Shown in pieces: positions 47,869 to 57,415 of a stretch of DNA of 64,000 nt. The notes below the pieces were generated by a model that was given only the letters and a program-made list of their open reading frames with translations, was not told the DNA's origin and did not search any database. The stretch is from Polyangiales bacterium (lineage in GTDB: Bacteria; Myxococcota_A; Polyangia; Polyangiales; Polyangiaceae), in NCBI GenBank assembly GCA_038230375.1, contig JBBRNJ010000010.1, positions 77,471 to 141,470 of the forward strand, read 5' to 3'. How positions within the stretch are numbered: position 1 is the first letter of the stretch; every line of letters begins with the position of its first letter. Both the position numbers and the translations under genes were made by a program.

Positions 47869-49245
47869 TCACTTCTTCCCGGAGCCAGGATCTGGAGGCG
47901 CGTTCTTCGGCGCAAGGTCGAACGTGATCTCAAGCGCCGCGAACGCGTTGTCGCGGGCGAATTGTAGCTCGTGAAGTGAGTGTATGATGCACGCAGTTGC
48001 TCGCTCGTCGTAAAATGTGCTGCTGACCTTCGAGCCCTGCACGGGCGCGCCGTTCCGATCGAGCACGAGCTTCACCGTCAACGTTCCATGCAGCGGCCCG
48101 ATCGTGCCAAGGCCACCCCCAGGGGCCGGGCGATGGGTTGCGGCCTCGGCATAGCAAGCGAGCACGCGCGGAAGCCCGCTGTTGACCACGGCGCGCGCCG
48201 CGTCGGTCGCCTTCCCGCCGGGTGTGCCCGCGTCACTGCTTCCTTCAGCAGGGAGGTCGAGTGAGAGCCTCTTCGTGGACACCTTCACCTCCCAGTCCTT
48301 CGCTTCCGGAGGCAGCGGCGGTACCTCTTCGTGCGGGGGATCTGCGCACGGGTTCGTCGCCACGAACCGCGCGGCCTCGAAGCGATGCGACGACACGTTC
48401 CCAGCGCGCACCAGCACACGCAGCGCGTCCAGGAGCCGCGCGTTCTCCGGCGTGACGAGGTCGAGTCGGGAGCAGGTCCCCTCGCACACGACGGACAGAT
48501 CCGCCTCCAGCGACGCCGCACTTGCTTCGCGCACTGGACCGCAGCGTTCCCAGAAGCCCTCGGGGCCGCGCGCGGAGCGAGGTCCCGGCGGCTCGCTCGC
48601 CATCAGGTTCTGCCGCTCCGGATCGTTCCACGATGAGGGCACCTTCAGCCTGCGCAAGGAGATGCCGGCGCTCGTGTCGATCACCGCGCCTGACCTCGGT
48701 GGTGGCGCGTCGTCTGGCTGCGGCGGTCCGAGCAGCCAGTAGGTGAACGCGGCGGTGATTCCGTCTGCGTGAATGGTCATCGCTGCATATCCGGCGTACG
48801 CGATGGTCGTGAGGAGGTTGCGTCCCTCCGCGATGGAGAGATCATCTTGCAGCGTCACGTCCGCCTCGAACGCGTAGGGCGTGCCCGGGTAGAGCACCTT
48901 CCAGTGTTCGCGCAGCCCGCGCAGCCGATCGTACACGGAGGTCACCTTGCCACCGTGAATCCAGAGTCGCCCTGCATCCACGGAGGGCGAGAGGTCGCTG
49001 CGCGCGCCGATGCGGACGCCGTTCACGAAGATGTCGGTCTTCGTGACGACCATCGTCGGCGTTCGCAGCATCTCGCCCACGTGCTCGCCGCTGGCGATGC
49101 GCTTCTGCTCGAGAAGAAGTGAATCGGTGTCCACGTCGTCCACGGGATCGCCTTCGTGAACGTCCTTCTTCCGGCATGCGCTGACCGCGCAGAGGAGCGG
49201 AAGAAGAAAGAGGCCAGTCATGATGCGCCCATGGAGCCGCCGCAT
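47869..49245 (-). CDS. Lipoprotein with an ExbD-like domain and a C-terminal AgmX/PglI-like domain
   Basis: VSACRKK lipobox; VYDRLRGLREHWKVLYPGTP...LTTIAYAGY (ExbD-like); VLACYAEA...GTLTVKLVLDRNG...ACIIHSLHELQF. Confidence 0.6.
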   Translation of the reverse strand: MRRLHGRIMTGLFLLPLLCAVSACRKKDVHEGDPVDDVDTDSLLLEQKRIASGEHVGEMLRTPTMVVTKTDIFVNGVRIGARSDLSPSVDAGRLWIHGGKVTSVYDRLRGLREHWKVLYPGTPYAFEADVTLQDDLSIAEGRNLLTTIAYAGYAAMTIHADGITAAFTYWLLGPPQPDDAPPPRSGAVIDTSAGISLRRLKVPSSWNDPERQNLMASEPPGPRSARGPEGFWERCGPVREASAASLEADLSVVCEGTCSRLDLVTPENARLLDALRVLVRAGNVSSHRFEAARFVATNPCADPPHEEVPPLPPEAKDWEVKVSTKRLSLDLPAEGSSDAGTPGGKATDAARAVVNSGLPRVLACYAEAATHRPAPGGGLGTIGPLHGTLTVKLVLDRNGAPVQGSKVSSTFYDERATACIIHSLHELQFARDNAFAALEITFDLAPKNAPPDPGSGKK

Positions 49246-49263
49246 GCCACAGATGCTACACGG

Positions 49264-49743
49264 TCAGTTCTCTGCGAGCGCTGACATGATCGCGAGCTGC
49301 GCGCGGCTGCTGATGGTGCGATTGCTCGCTTCGCCCGCCACGCTCATGCTGCTGCATTCGAACGAGAGCAGCAGCTCGAACGAGCGCCGGCCTTCGCGTG
49401 CGCGCACGGCGTAGTGCGGCTTCCAGCAGTCTCGCGCGTCGGTGGGCTCGTTCATCGCGCGCGTGAGCTCGGTCACGATGTGACGTCGCGCGTCGCGATC
49501 CTTCACCTCGACCTTCTTGCGCACCGGGATGCCCTGGACGCGATCGCCGACGTCGTCGGTGGCGTCGGTCACGTTCGGTGCGAGCGCGTAGACGGTGAGG
49601 GAGTCGGGCTCTGCGAGGCCGTCGATGCTCGCGGGGTAGAGCGAGGCGCAGGCGGTGGGGAGGAGGGTCAGGGCTAGGGCCAGGGACGAGAGGCGGGCAC
49701 GGGCACGGGCACGGGCACGGGCACGGGGGAGAGGGAGGGCCAC
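49264..49743 (-). CDS. Putative lipoprotein, hypothetical
   Basis: GTG 49743 (or TTG 49836): VALPLPRARARARARARLSSLALALTLLPTAC; CWKPHYAVR...LSFECS. Confidence 0.65.
   Translation of the reverse strand: MALPLPRARARARARARLSSLALALTLLPTACASLYPASIDGLAEPDSLTVYALAPNVTDATDDVGDRVQGIPVRKKVEVKDRDARRHIVTELTRAMNEPTDARDCWKPHYAVRAREGRRSFELLLSFECSSMSVAGEASNRTISSRAQLAIMSALAEN
49695..49724. repeat. Perfect hexanucleotide microsatellite (GGGCAC)x5
   Basis: Seen directly; encodes the RA repeat in the signal peptide of the minus-strand gene. Confidence 0.95.
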
Positions 49744-49845
49744 CTTGGTTCGGTTTGCATGGTGGATGCCAGGGGTGGTTGCCAGACCCGCGGGGAAGTG
49801 GGGAGGGGGAGTGGCAACGTTTGGCTCAGGGGGCAACTTGGTTGT

Positions 49846-50124
49846 CTAGTGGCCCTTCACGTTTGGGATGAGGCGGCCTCCTTCGAGGCGGGCTCGGACC
49901 TTGAAGAGGGTGAGGCCGTTTGCGTCCTTGCCTGGGGTGGCGCGGGCGAAGCGGTGGGGGGCGGCTGCGAGCACCGAGTCGTGCTCCTGCGCGAGATCGC
50001 TGAGCGGACCCGCTAGCACGGCGTCCAGCGCGCGATCGCGCTCTGTTGCCGGCGTTGCGGGGCCGATCTCCAGCGCGATCTCTCCCGTGACGTGGCTTCC
50101 ATTCACTGTGAGCACTGCGGCCAT
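49846..50124 (-). CDS. Small hypothetical protein
   Basis: 92-aa ORF with a plausible SD (AAGG), co-oriented with its neighbours. Confidence 0.6.
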   Translation of the reverse strand: MAAVLTVNGSHVTGEIALEIGPATPATERDRALDAVLAGPLSDLAQEHDSVLAAAPHRFARATPGKDANGLTLFKVRARLEGGRLIPNVKGH

Positions 50125-50141
50125 GCGTCGACCTTACACTA

Positions 50142-51512
50142 CTATGGACACGGCACGGACATCGGGCACGCGCCGTTCTTGTCCTTCGGGTAGCTCTCCT
50201 TGCAGTCCGTGACGCCAGGGAAGCTGTTGCTTGGCAGGAAGTCCGTGAGGTCGTCCTTGCGCCAGCCGCGATCAATGCCGAAGTAGGCGCTGTTCGTCAC
50301 GGTAGTGTTCGTGATGAACTGACTGCCGGGCGCACCGTAGATGCGAATAGCCGCATCCGACCTTGTTTTTCCAGGGTATGGGCAAGAGTTGGAGCCGCCG
50401 CTGCTCATCCCGCCGGCGAAGTTGACCTGCGTGAAGTCCATCCGATTCGTGGGCAGCGGTTGATTGCCGAAGCTGATGCCGAGCCAGTCGCCGGCCGCCG
50501 GGTTCGGCTCTGCGGACGTGAAGACGATCTGCTTCTGCGCCGTGCCCACCGCGATCAGCGCGGACTTTGCGGCGTTGTCGCTCTGGAATTCGGACACGGT
50601 GAAGTAGCCGCCCTTCTTGAAGCGTACCGTCACGCCGGCCTCGATGGTCAGCGTGGTCGTCGCGCCGTTCGGGAGCGGATCCACGACGAGACTGCCGACA
50701 GTACCGGACGTGCCAACGTGGTACGGCACCCCGCGGTCGTGCAGCGTGGTGGACTCTGCGAAGCCTTCGTTGCCGCCGCCGCCCGGGATCAAGATCTCGT
50801 CGTGGGTGTTGCCCGTATACGTGCCGGTGGGCAGCCCGCCGGACGCGCGCGACCAGATGCTGACGGGGTAGAGCGCGGAGCCCGTCACCGTGAGGTCCGT
50901 GGAGCCGGGCGCGAAGCCCGCGCCGTCGCGCAGCACCACGCCGTTGCTCTTCGAGCCGGAGAGCGTGACGTGATCGACGAAGAGCGTTGGCTGCGAGGGC
51001 TTCGTCTGGTCCGCGCCCTGGAAGTTCAGCATGCCGGTGAGGTCGGGCACGATGTTGCTGGGATCGCCGCCGCCATCCACGGTGACGTAGGCAAGATGCA
51101 CCGTGCCGTTGGAGGTGCGGATCATGACGAACGGCTTCGCAGGATCCTGCGCCCCTATGTGAATGCGCTTCGAGGCGCTGCCCACGGCGGAGATCGATCC
51201 CTTCACCGTGAGCGTGGTGCCAGCGGCCAAGAGTACCTCGGCGCAAGGCTCGATCGTGAGCGTGCCGGCGACGCTCGCGTCGTAGGGAAGGACGTGCGGG
51301 CTCGTGTCCGCAGTCCACGTCTCGGTCCCGATGTCGCCCTGGTGCTTCGTCGGCCCTGCGGTGGGGGCAGCGCACTCACTCGGCACCGTGCCCGGGCCGG
51401 AGTCAGCGACGGGCGTGCCCGCGTCAGAGTCAGTCGACTTCGGTGTGCTGCTGCTGCTGCAACCCACGCCGCATACGAGAACACCGATCAGGCCAAGAAC
51501 AAGCTGCTTCAT
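50142..51512 (-). CDS. Lipoprotein with parallel beta-helix-like repeats
   Basis: GGAG SD; MKQLVLGLIGVLVCGVGC; duplicated LTIE(P/A)xxxV..GxAxKxI.. units. Confidence 0.8.
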   Translation of the reverse strand: MKQLVLGLIGVLVCGVGCSSSSTPKSTDSDAGTPVADSGPGTVPSECAAPTAGPTKHQGDIGTETWTADTSPHVLPYDASVAGTLTIEPCAEVLLAAGTTLTVKGSISAVGSASKRIHIGAQDPAKPFVMIRTSNGTVHLAYVTVDGGGDPSNIVPDLTGMLNFQGADQTKPSQPTLFVDHVTLSGSKSNGVVLRDGAGFAPGSTDLTVTGSALYPVSIWSRASGGLPTGTYTGNTHDEILIPGGGGNEGFAESTTLHDRGVPYHVGTSGTVGSLVVDPLPNGATTTLTIEAGVTVRFKKGGYFTVSEFQSDNAAKSALIAVGTAQKQIVFTSAEPNPAAGDWLGISFGNQPLPTNRMDFTQVNFAGGMSSGGSNSCPYPGKTRSDAAIRIYGAPGSQFITNTTVTNSAYFGIDRGWRKDDLTDFLPSNSFPGVTDCKESYPKDKNGACPMSVPCP

Positions 51513-51620
51513 GAATCTCCCGTTTCTGAAGAGGACAAGCCAATGGTGCATCCTACATTCACCCAGCGATCGTGCTCGCAAAGTTGTTCGTTCGCGTCGG
51601 CCCCGTATAGCGGTGGGTCT

Positions 51621-52058
51621 ATGGTCCAACACGCTGCGGCGCACGCCCATCTGGTCTCCTCCGCCGTTGTGAAGCGCCACGCCGTCCGCGATCGCGCGCC
51701 GACGATCCCGTTCGATCTGACCGAGTACGCACGGGCCGAGACGGGGCCGCTCAGCTGGACCGCGGCGAACGACGACTCGACGTTCTCCGCATGGGTACTG
51801 GACGGCGACAGCGAGGCGGTCTGTGCGCGCACGACGGAGCTGCTCGTCACCATTTCGCCCACCGACGTCCCGCGGGTAGCCAACGGCCCCGAGCAGCTGC
51901 TGTCGCGGCTCACGCTCCGCGAGGCCTTCGTTGTCGCGTCCATCGACGGCGCGTCAACGCTGGAGACGATCCTGGACATGCTGGACATGCCCGCGGGCGA
52001 GGCGCTGACCATCGTGTGCGAGCTGTGCGCCGCCGGCGTGATCACGCTGGAAATGTGA
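51621..52058 (+). CDS. Small hypothetical protein with a winged-helix-like C-terminus
   Basis: 3' end of ORF 50460..52058: LTLREAFVVASIDGASTLETILDMLDMPAGEALTIVCELCAAGVI; start uncertain. Confidence 0.6.
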   Translation: MVQHAAAHAHLVSSAVVKRHAVRDRAPTIPFDLTEYARAETGPLSWTAANDDSTFSAWVLDGDSEAVCARTTELLVTISPTDVPRVANGPEQLLSRLTLREAFVVASIDGASTLETILDMLDMPAGEALTIVCELCAAGVITLEM

Positions 52059-52074
52059 GACCGCGGGCCGCGGG

Positions 52075-53748
52075 TCAGGCGAGCTCGAGATCGGCGATCC
52101 CGAACGTCTGCACCCAGACGTCCACGGCGGCATCCAGCGCACGCTCAGCCCGCATGGGCGAGAAGCCTTCCAGCGTGTCGGCGCTCTGCGGTACGTCGGA
52201 GACGACATGGAGTGCAGCGATGCGCGCGTCTCCGCCGTGAAGGCCGCGCAGGAGGCCTGCGAGCTCCATCTCCACCAGGTGATGACCGTCGGCGCGTAGC
52301 TTCTCGATGTCGCGATCGAACTCGTCCAGCGGCGAGCGCACGTTCACGACCTTGCTGTGCAATCGCGTGGCGGGCTGCGCGTGCAACGCCGCGAACCGAG
52401 CATCGAGCGCGTGGTTGTCGAAGGAATGCACCGCGCCGTCCGCGGACGTCGCCTGCGATGCAAGGTGCAGCTCGCCCACCTGCGACGCGCGGTCGAGTGA
52501 CGCTGCCGTGCCATAGACGAGCACGTCGGTCACGCCCTGCTCGCGGAACAGCGCGCCCATGGCGACGGCCGCTTCGCCGTATGGATTGCGGACGAGCAGC
52601 ACCTCGCGTCGCTCGCCACGGGCATCCAGGTACGCAAGCCTGCTGTGATCGAGGAAAGCGTCGGGCCCATCATGTGCAGCGAGCTTCACGCTGGGTATGG
52701 CTGGCACGGCGTCCACGAGTCCCGCCGTCTTGGCGCTGGCGAGGAGCTCGTCGAGCCAGGTCCGTCGTTCGCTCGAGCGGTAGAGGTCGCGCGGATCCAG
52801 ATCGCGCAGCGGTGCAAGCTCACGAGGCAGGGAAGGGCCTTGTTGCAGCGCGCGCACCTGCGCGGCCCTCTGCGCGCGCGTGCGGAGTGCGCCGAGCAGC
52901 GCGTTCTTGAACCCCACGGTGACCTGGCGAGGGATCGTGCCGCTCGACTCGAAGCATCTCCGAAGTCGCGCGGGGCGATAGGCGGCCTCGTCGGTGCGAT
53001 GATCGAAGCGGCTCACGCGCGCGGAGTCGATGTGGCGCCCGCCAGCGGAGCGCGCGGCGCGCAGCACCTTCATGAGGTGCTGGAACATGTCCAGGCCGTC
53101 GTCGCAGGCGATGGCGTACCGCAGCTCGTCGTTGGCGTTGACGCCCAGGATGATCTGGAAATGAAGCTTCGGCGTGAACAGGCGGAAATACGTTGTGGCC
53201 CCGCGCGCGGCCAGAGATGCGATGGCGTCGGCCGCGGTGCCGTTGTGGAGCTCCACGTCACGCCCTTTCTCATCCGCGCCGTCAGCGTCGATCGCGTCGT
53301 CCACGAACGTGTGACCCAGGTACGCGGTCGCGTAGCGCGTGAGGTCACCCATGGAATGCGGAGCGGTGAGATCCATCGAGAGCACGCGCTCGTCGAAGCC
53401 CGCCAGTGCCTTCGCGGCAACGGCGGCGGACGCGCCCGCTTCTGTTGCAAGCGGTTCGAGGCGCTCGAGCCGGTGGCTCACCTCCACCTGGCGGCCGCCG
53501 CGGAACGTGTGGAGCTCCCAGTCCATGGCCTCGGTGAGCGCGGCGCGCACGCCCTCGGGGACACGCTCTGCGAAGTGTTGCGCGAGCGCCGACACGCCCT
53601 GTGGCAGTGCACTCATGTCGAGCACGCGCGTCAGAGTGCGTCCTGCTTCTCCCAGGTCGCCAGGCCGGCGTGAGAGCGCGGAGAGCACCCCGCGCGCGGT
53701 CTCTTGCCACGCGGCGTGGGCGATGTGCTGGAGCGCGGGGTTCGTCAT
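52075..53748 (-). CDS. Hypothetical protein with a C-terminal nucleoside phosphorylase/nucleosidase (PNP_UDP_1)-like domain
   Basis: VLVYGTAASL, VGELHL, LVEMELAG and ALHVVSD match the NP-I motifs (GxAG, GD, xEME, VSD); the N-terminal ~370 aa are unrecognised. Confidence 0.7.
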   Translation of the reverse strand: MTNPALQHIAHAAWQETARGVLSALSRRPGDLGEAGRTLTRVLDMSALPQGVSALAQHFAERVPEGVRAALTEAMDWELHTFRGGRQVEVSHRLERLEPLATEAGASAAVAAKALAGFDERVLSMDLTAPHSMGDLTRYATAYLGHTFVDDAIDADGADEKGRDVELHNGTAADAIASLAARGATTYFRLFTPKLHFQIILGVNANDELRYAIACDDGLDMFQHLMKVLRAARSAGGRHIDSARVSRFDHRTDEAAYRPARLRRCFESSGTIPRQVTVGFKNALLGALRTRAQRAAQVRALQQGPSLPRELAPLRDLDPRDLYRSSERRTWLDELLASAKTAGLVDAVPAIPSVKLAAHDGPDAFLDHSRLAYLDARGERREVLLVRNPYGEAAVAMGALFREQGVTDVLVYGTAASLDRASQVGELHLASQATSADGAVHSFDNHALDARFAALHAQPATRLHSKVVNVRSPLDEFDRDIEKLRADGHHLVEMELAGLLRGLHGGDARIAALHVVSDVPQSADTLEGFSPMRAERALDAAVDVWVQTFGIADLELA

Positions 53749-53778
53749 CCGCCCCAGGCTACCCGCTTCGAGCGCGCT

Positions 53779-55086
53779 TCACATGGCCCAATAGGCTTCG
53801 TCGTTGAGGCCCTCTTCGCGCTCGGGCAGGCCGCGTGTGAGCCGTGGTGAGCTCTGGATGAGCACCTCGTAGCTCACGCGGTTTGCGTAGCGGCACACCT
53901 GGCTCATGGACGAGTACGTGAGGAACTCGCGGACGTGCTTTGCGGACGTCGGGACGCGCGCGCGGTGGTAGCGGTTCGCGGACATGTCGTGGAGCAGGGC
54001 CGCGAGCGCGGCGTCACCCGCGCCGTTCGCGCTCGTGATGCGCTCGGGTCCGCCGTGATAGGGCGCGATGTGCGCGAACACCTTGACCGCGTTGTCGCAT
54101 CGGTCCTTGAGCATCGGTCGGCTGAACTCGTAGCGGTTGAACTCCGGGATCGCGCCCGGCAAGAGCGGATAGCGCGTGGCGCGCTTCACGGCGTCTTCCG
54201 TGTAGCCGGCCAGGTAGAGCCCTGTCGGGCCCGAAGTGCACAGCACCAGATCGGCCCAGTCGAGCGCGCGTTCGCACGCGAGCAGCGGGTCAGCGAAGCC
54301 CGTCAGCGCCTCTGCCTCTTCCTCGTTCATGGCCAGGACGTCCACGTTCTCCGAGATGAAGGAGCGCCAGAACTCGGGTCGGTCGGCGATGATGAAGCGA
54401 GTGCCGAGCGTGAGCACGACCGGCACGCCACGCTCCTTTGCGAGCGACACCGCGCGCAGCGTTGCTTCCGGCATGGGCTCGCCCGGGCCGCCTCGCATCA
54501 GGTACGCCGAGATGACGAGGGCAGCGGCGTTCTCGAAGACGTTCGCGGGGATGCTCTCCGGGCGCAGATCGTTCATCTTGCCGGAGCTGATCGCGAACGT
54601 GCGCTCGCCGTCCGGTGTGACGAGCGCGAAGCACCGCCCGATGGGGCCGTCGACCGGCTGCAGGTGATCCAGGTTCACGCGGCTCGACGTGTTCGAGATG
54701 TATCGATAGCCGGAGGTGCCAACGCGGATCACGTCGCTCATGACGCCAAGCAGGATCGACGCGTCGTCCGAGAGCAGCGAGTAGTTGTGCAGGGCATTCC
54801 CCACGGTCCCGCCGGCGAACTCGTACGAGATCTGCTTCTTGTCGAAGAGCTCGTCGTAGAGCTGCGCGGCCCGCTCGCTCCCGATGATCGTGGAGCCGCC
54901 TCTGGGGAGCTCGTAGCGAGCAAGGAGCTCTTCGGGGATCCGCGCGTCGATGTCGACGAGGGTCTGATCGATACCGACGACGTGGATCTTCGCCTCCGGC
55001 TCGGTGACGCCGGCGCGGTGGAGCAGCGGGTCGCGCTCGTGAACGGGAAAGTAGTGTTTGTGCTTGCGGCGTCCAGGGAAGCGCAT
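53779..55086 (-). CDS. gsk: Inosine/guanosine kinase (PfkB family)
   Basis: N-terminus MRFPGRRKHKHYFPV..RDPLL as in enterobacterial Gsk; GIDQTLVDI, AGGTVGN, NGAGD, SPRLTRGLPERE; 435 aa. Confidence 0.93.
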   Translation of the reverse strand: MRFPGRRKHKHYFPVHERDPLLHRAGVTEPEAKIHVVGIDQTLVDIDARIPEELLARYELPRGGSTIIGSERAAQLYDELFDKKQISYEFAGGTVGNALHNYSLLSDDASILLGVMSDVIRVGTSGYRYISNTSSRVNLDHLQPVDGPIGRCFALVTPDGERTFAISSGKMNDLRPESIPANVFENAAALVISAYLMRGGPGEPMPEATLRAVSLAKERGVPVVLTLGTRFIIADRPEFWRSFISENVDVLAMNEEEAEALTGFADPLLACERALDWADLVLCTSGPTGLYLAGYTEDAVKRATRYPLLPGAIPEFNRYEFSRPMLKDRCDNAVKVFAHIAPYHGGPERITSANGAGDAALAALLHDMSANRYHRARVPTSAKHVREFLTYSSMSQVCRYANRVSYEVLIQSSPRLTRGLPEREEGLNDEAYWAM

Positions 55087-55195
55087 GGTGACTAAAGGAA
55101 GACTATCAGCTGACGAGGTCGCCGGAGCGCCGAGCGGTGGCGAAGTGCGCCGGGTGATGCGAAGCTCGGCATCCATGGTTCTCTCTTCTCACGCG

Positions 55196-56542
55196 ATGAG
55201 CGCCGCTCGTTTCGCCTTGCTGGCTGCGCTCGTCGCGCTCGTCACAGGATGTCCCGCGAAGAAGTCCGCGCCGCAGGAGGCGCAGAGCGCGGCCGCTCCG
55301 GCTCTTTCGGTGTCCCTGGACGCAGGCGCCGCGATCCTGGACGCGAGTGGCCCGCGCGACGCGGTCAGGAACCTGCTCCACTACACGAACGCGGAGATCA
55401 CGCTCTCCTCGCGCGTCGACAATCCCCGCGACTACCCCGAGCACCTCGTCGACGGAAAGCCGCAGACCGCGTGGAACGGCAAGACCGGGGACAAGAACGC
55501 GTGGATCGAGGTGAAGCTCGCGCCCGAGGTTCACGTGGAGAGCCTGGCCATCACGGCAGGCTTCGACAAGGGCGCGCTGTTCGAGCAGAACCTCCGCATC
55601 ACCAAGCTCAGGGTGGAGCGCAATGGCGAGTGGCTCCTCGACGCGCCCCTCGACCCCATGCTGCGCGCGCCGCAGCGCATCCGCGTGGACAGGCCCGGAG
55701 GAACGTTCAAGCTCACGGTGATGGACACTGTTCGCGGGACGAACCCAGGCTGGCAGGAGATCGTCGTATCCGAGCTCATGGTCTTTGGTACGGCGCCGAA
55801 GGAGGTCCTGCTTCCGGAAGCCAAGCTCCCCCGCATCACCATCGCCACGGGCAGCGCTCGTGCACCAAGCCGCTTCGCGCAGCCCTCGGATCTCACCTTC
55901 GAGGGGCGCGAGGGGACCACCACGCGAGACATCTGCGTTGCCTGGAAGAAGGAGCTCATGTCCCTGATTGTCGCCGCGCAGCACGGCGGGATGGGGTTCG
56001 ATGGGTACGACGAAAAGAGTGTAGTATGCATGGAGGTTGCCGCGCCTGCCCTGGAAGGGGTGCTGCCCGATGGCTGGTCTCTTCCGGCTGCCGTCAAGCG
56101 CGCCTACTTCGATGGCGTCGCCGCGTCGGACGAGCGGTACCTGGCGCTCCGGCGCAAGGATGGCAAGATCGTCGTGGGCCCCCAGTACTCGTACGCGAAC
56201 GACATCGGTGACTCGGGGTATCCGCTCGCCTCGCGCGTTGCCGTGGTCCAGGCCGGGAGCGGGCCCGCGCTGCTGGTCGCGTCCGTCTCGATCTCGCCGT
56301 ACTCGGAGGGGATGCTCCCCGATGGTGGCGCTGGGCCAGCCATGACGTGGACGGCCGAGCACGAGGGACGCGTGTGCCGGTTCCTGCCCGCGCAGATGCT
56401 CTGCGACGAGAGGAACCTCACCATCTTCAGGAAGCAGAAGCTGGATGGTGCGGAGCGCGCTGCCTTCGAGAAGGCGCCGAAGGTGGACCTCCCGCCGCTG
56501 GACTTCCGGACCGGGCACATGCAGACGCGGGATGGGGAGTGA
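55196..56542 (+). CDS. Lipoprotein with a discoidin/F5-8-like domain
   Basis: LVTGC lipobox; LSSRVDN..YPEHLVDGKPQTAWNG...WIEV...VSELMVFG. Confidence 0.75.
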   Translation: MSAARFALLAALVALVTGCPAKKSAPQEAQSAAAPALSVSLDAGAAILDASGPRDAVRNLLHYTNAEITLSSRVDNPRDYPEHLVDGKPQTAWNGKTGDKNAWIEVKLAPEVHVESLAITAGFDKGALFEQNLRITKLRVERNGEWLLDAPLDPMLRAPQRIRVDRPGGTFKLTVMDTVRGTNPGWQEIVVSELMVFGTAPKEVLLPEAKLPRITIATGSARAPSRFAQPSDLTFEGREGTTTRDICVAWKKELMSLIVAAQHGGMGFDGYDEKSVVCMEVAAPALEGVLPDGWSLPAAVKRAYFDGVAASDERYLALRRKDGKIVVGPQYSYANDIGDSGYPLASRVAVVQAGSGPALLVASVSISPYSEGMLPDGGAGPAMTWTAEHEGRVCRFLPAQMLCDERNLTIFRKQKLDGAERAAFEKAPKVDLPPLDFRTGHMQTRDGE

Positions 56543-56555
56543 CCATCAACGCGTG

Positions 56556-57305
56556 TCACTGCCGCTGCGACGCCAGACGATGCTTCGCGTAGACCGCATC
56601 ACGCCAGTCGAGGAGATCCGAGAAGTCGCGCGCGAGGGCTTCGTGCGTCCACGTCTTGCGCGTGGCGGGACCTAGCCTTGCGGACTCGCGCGGGCGCACC
56701 GCAGCGAGCGCCGCGCAGATCACCACGTCTGCGTAGGTGAACTCAGAGAGCAGGTAAGGTTTGTCGGCCCGCTGGGCGCGCACCTTCTCGAGCAGCGGGC
56801 GCACGACGCTGTCGACGCGCGCTTCGATGTCCTCGGGCGACAGGTGCTTCTGCGCCAGGAAGAGCGCGACCCGGCGCGACATGGGCGCGAGGATTGGCTT
56901 CGCGAAGGCGGGGACGAACGGGGGAAGCGCCTCCTTCTGTGCGTCGCGGCTCGTGGCAAGGTTGTGGAGGACCCATGCGCGGCCCACATCCATGAACCGA
57001 TTCGCAACGTCACACCACTCACGAACGTCAGCGTCCTCTGCGGGTGGAAACAGCGGCGAAGCCTTGCCCACGTCGTCCGCGTATCGCGCGATCTCGATCG
57101 AGTCGGGGATCACCGTGCCGTTCTCGTCGTCGAGCACCGGCACGGTCGCTCGCGCACGGCCAAGGCCGCGTACCCTTCGGCGGAGCGCGAGCTCGCCCAT
57201 GAGGGGCACGTGCTCCTTGTAGCGGTAGGAGATGCCGTGATGGTCGAGCGGCCAGCGAGCGCGCTCTGTGTAAGGGGAGACGTCAAGACCGTAGAGGGTG
57301 AGCAT
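56556..57305 (-). CDS. Glutathione S-transferase N-terminal domain protein
   Basis: SPYTERARW, TVPVL, DSIEIARYAD, FTYADV. Confidence 0.88.
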   Translation of the reverse strand: MLTLYGLDVSPYTERARWPLDHHGISYRYKEHVPLMGELALRRRVRGLGRARATVPVLDDENGTVIPDSIEIARYADDVGKASPLFPPAEDADVREWCDVANRFMDVGRAWVLHNLATSRDAQKEALPPFVPAFAKPILAPMSRRVALFLAQKHLSPEDIEARVDSVVRPLLEKVRAQRADKPYLLSEFTYADVVICAALAAVRPRESARLGPATRKTWTHEALARDFSDLLDWRDAVYAKHRLASQRQ

Positions 57306-57415
57306 GTCGCGTGATCTCAGTAGAGATGTGAAATGCGCGACGTCCGCGCGCAGCCAGGATAGCGCGCAAAACCCGCGCTGGTGTACCTCCGCAGCAGCGC
57401 CTAGAGTCGGCGTGG

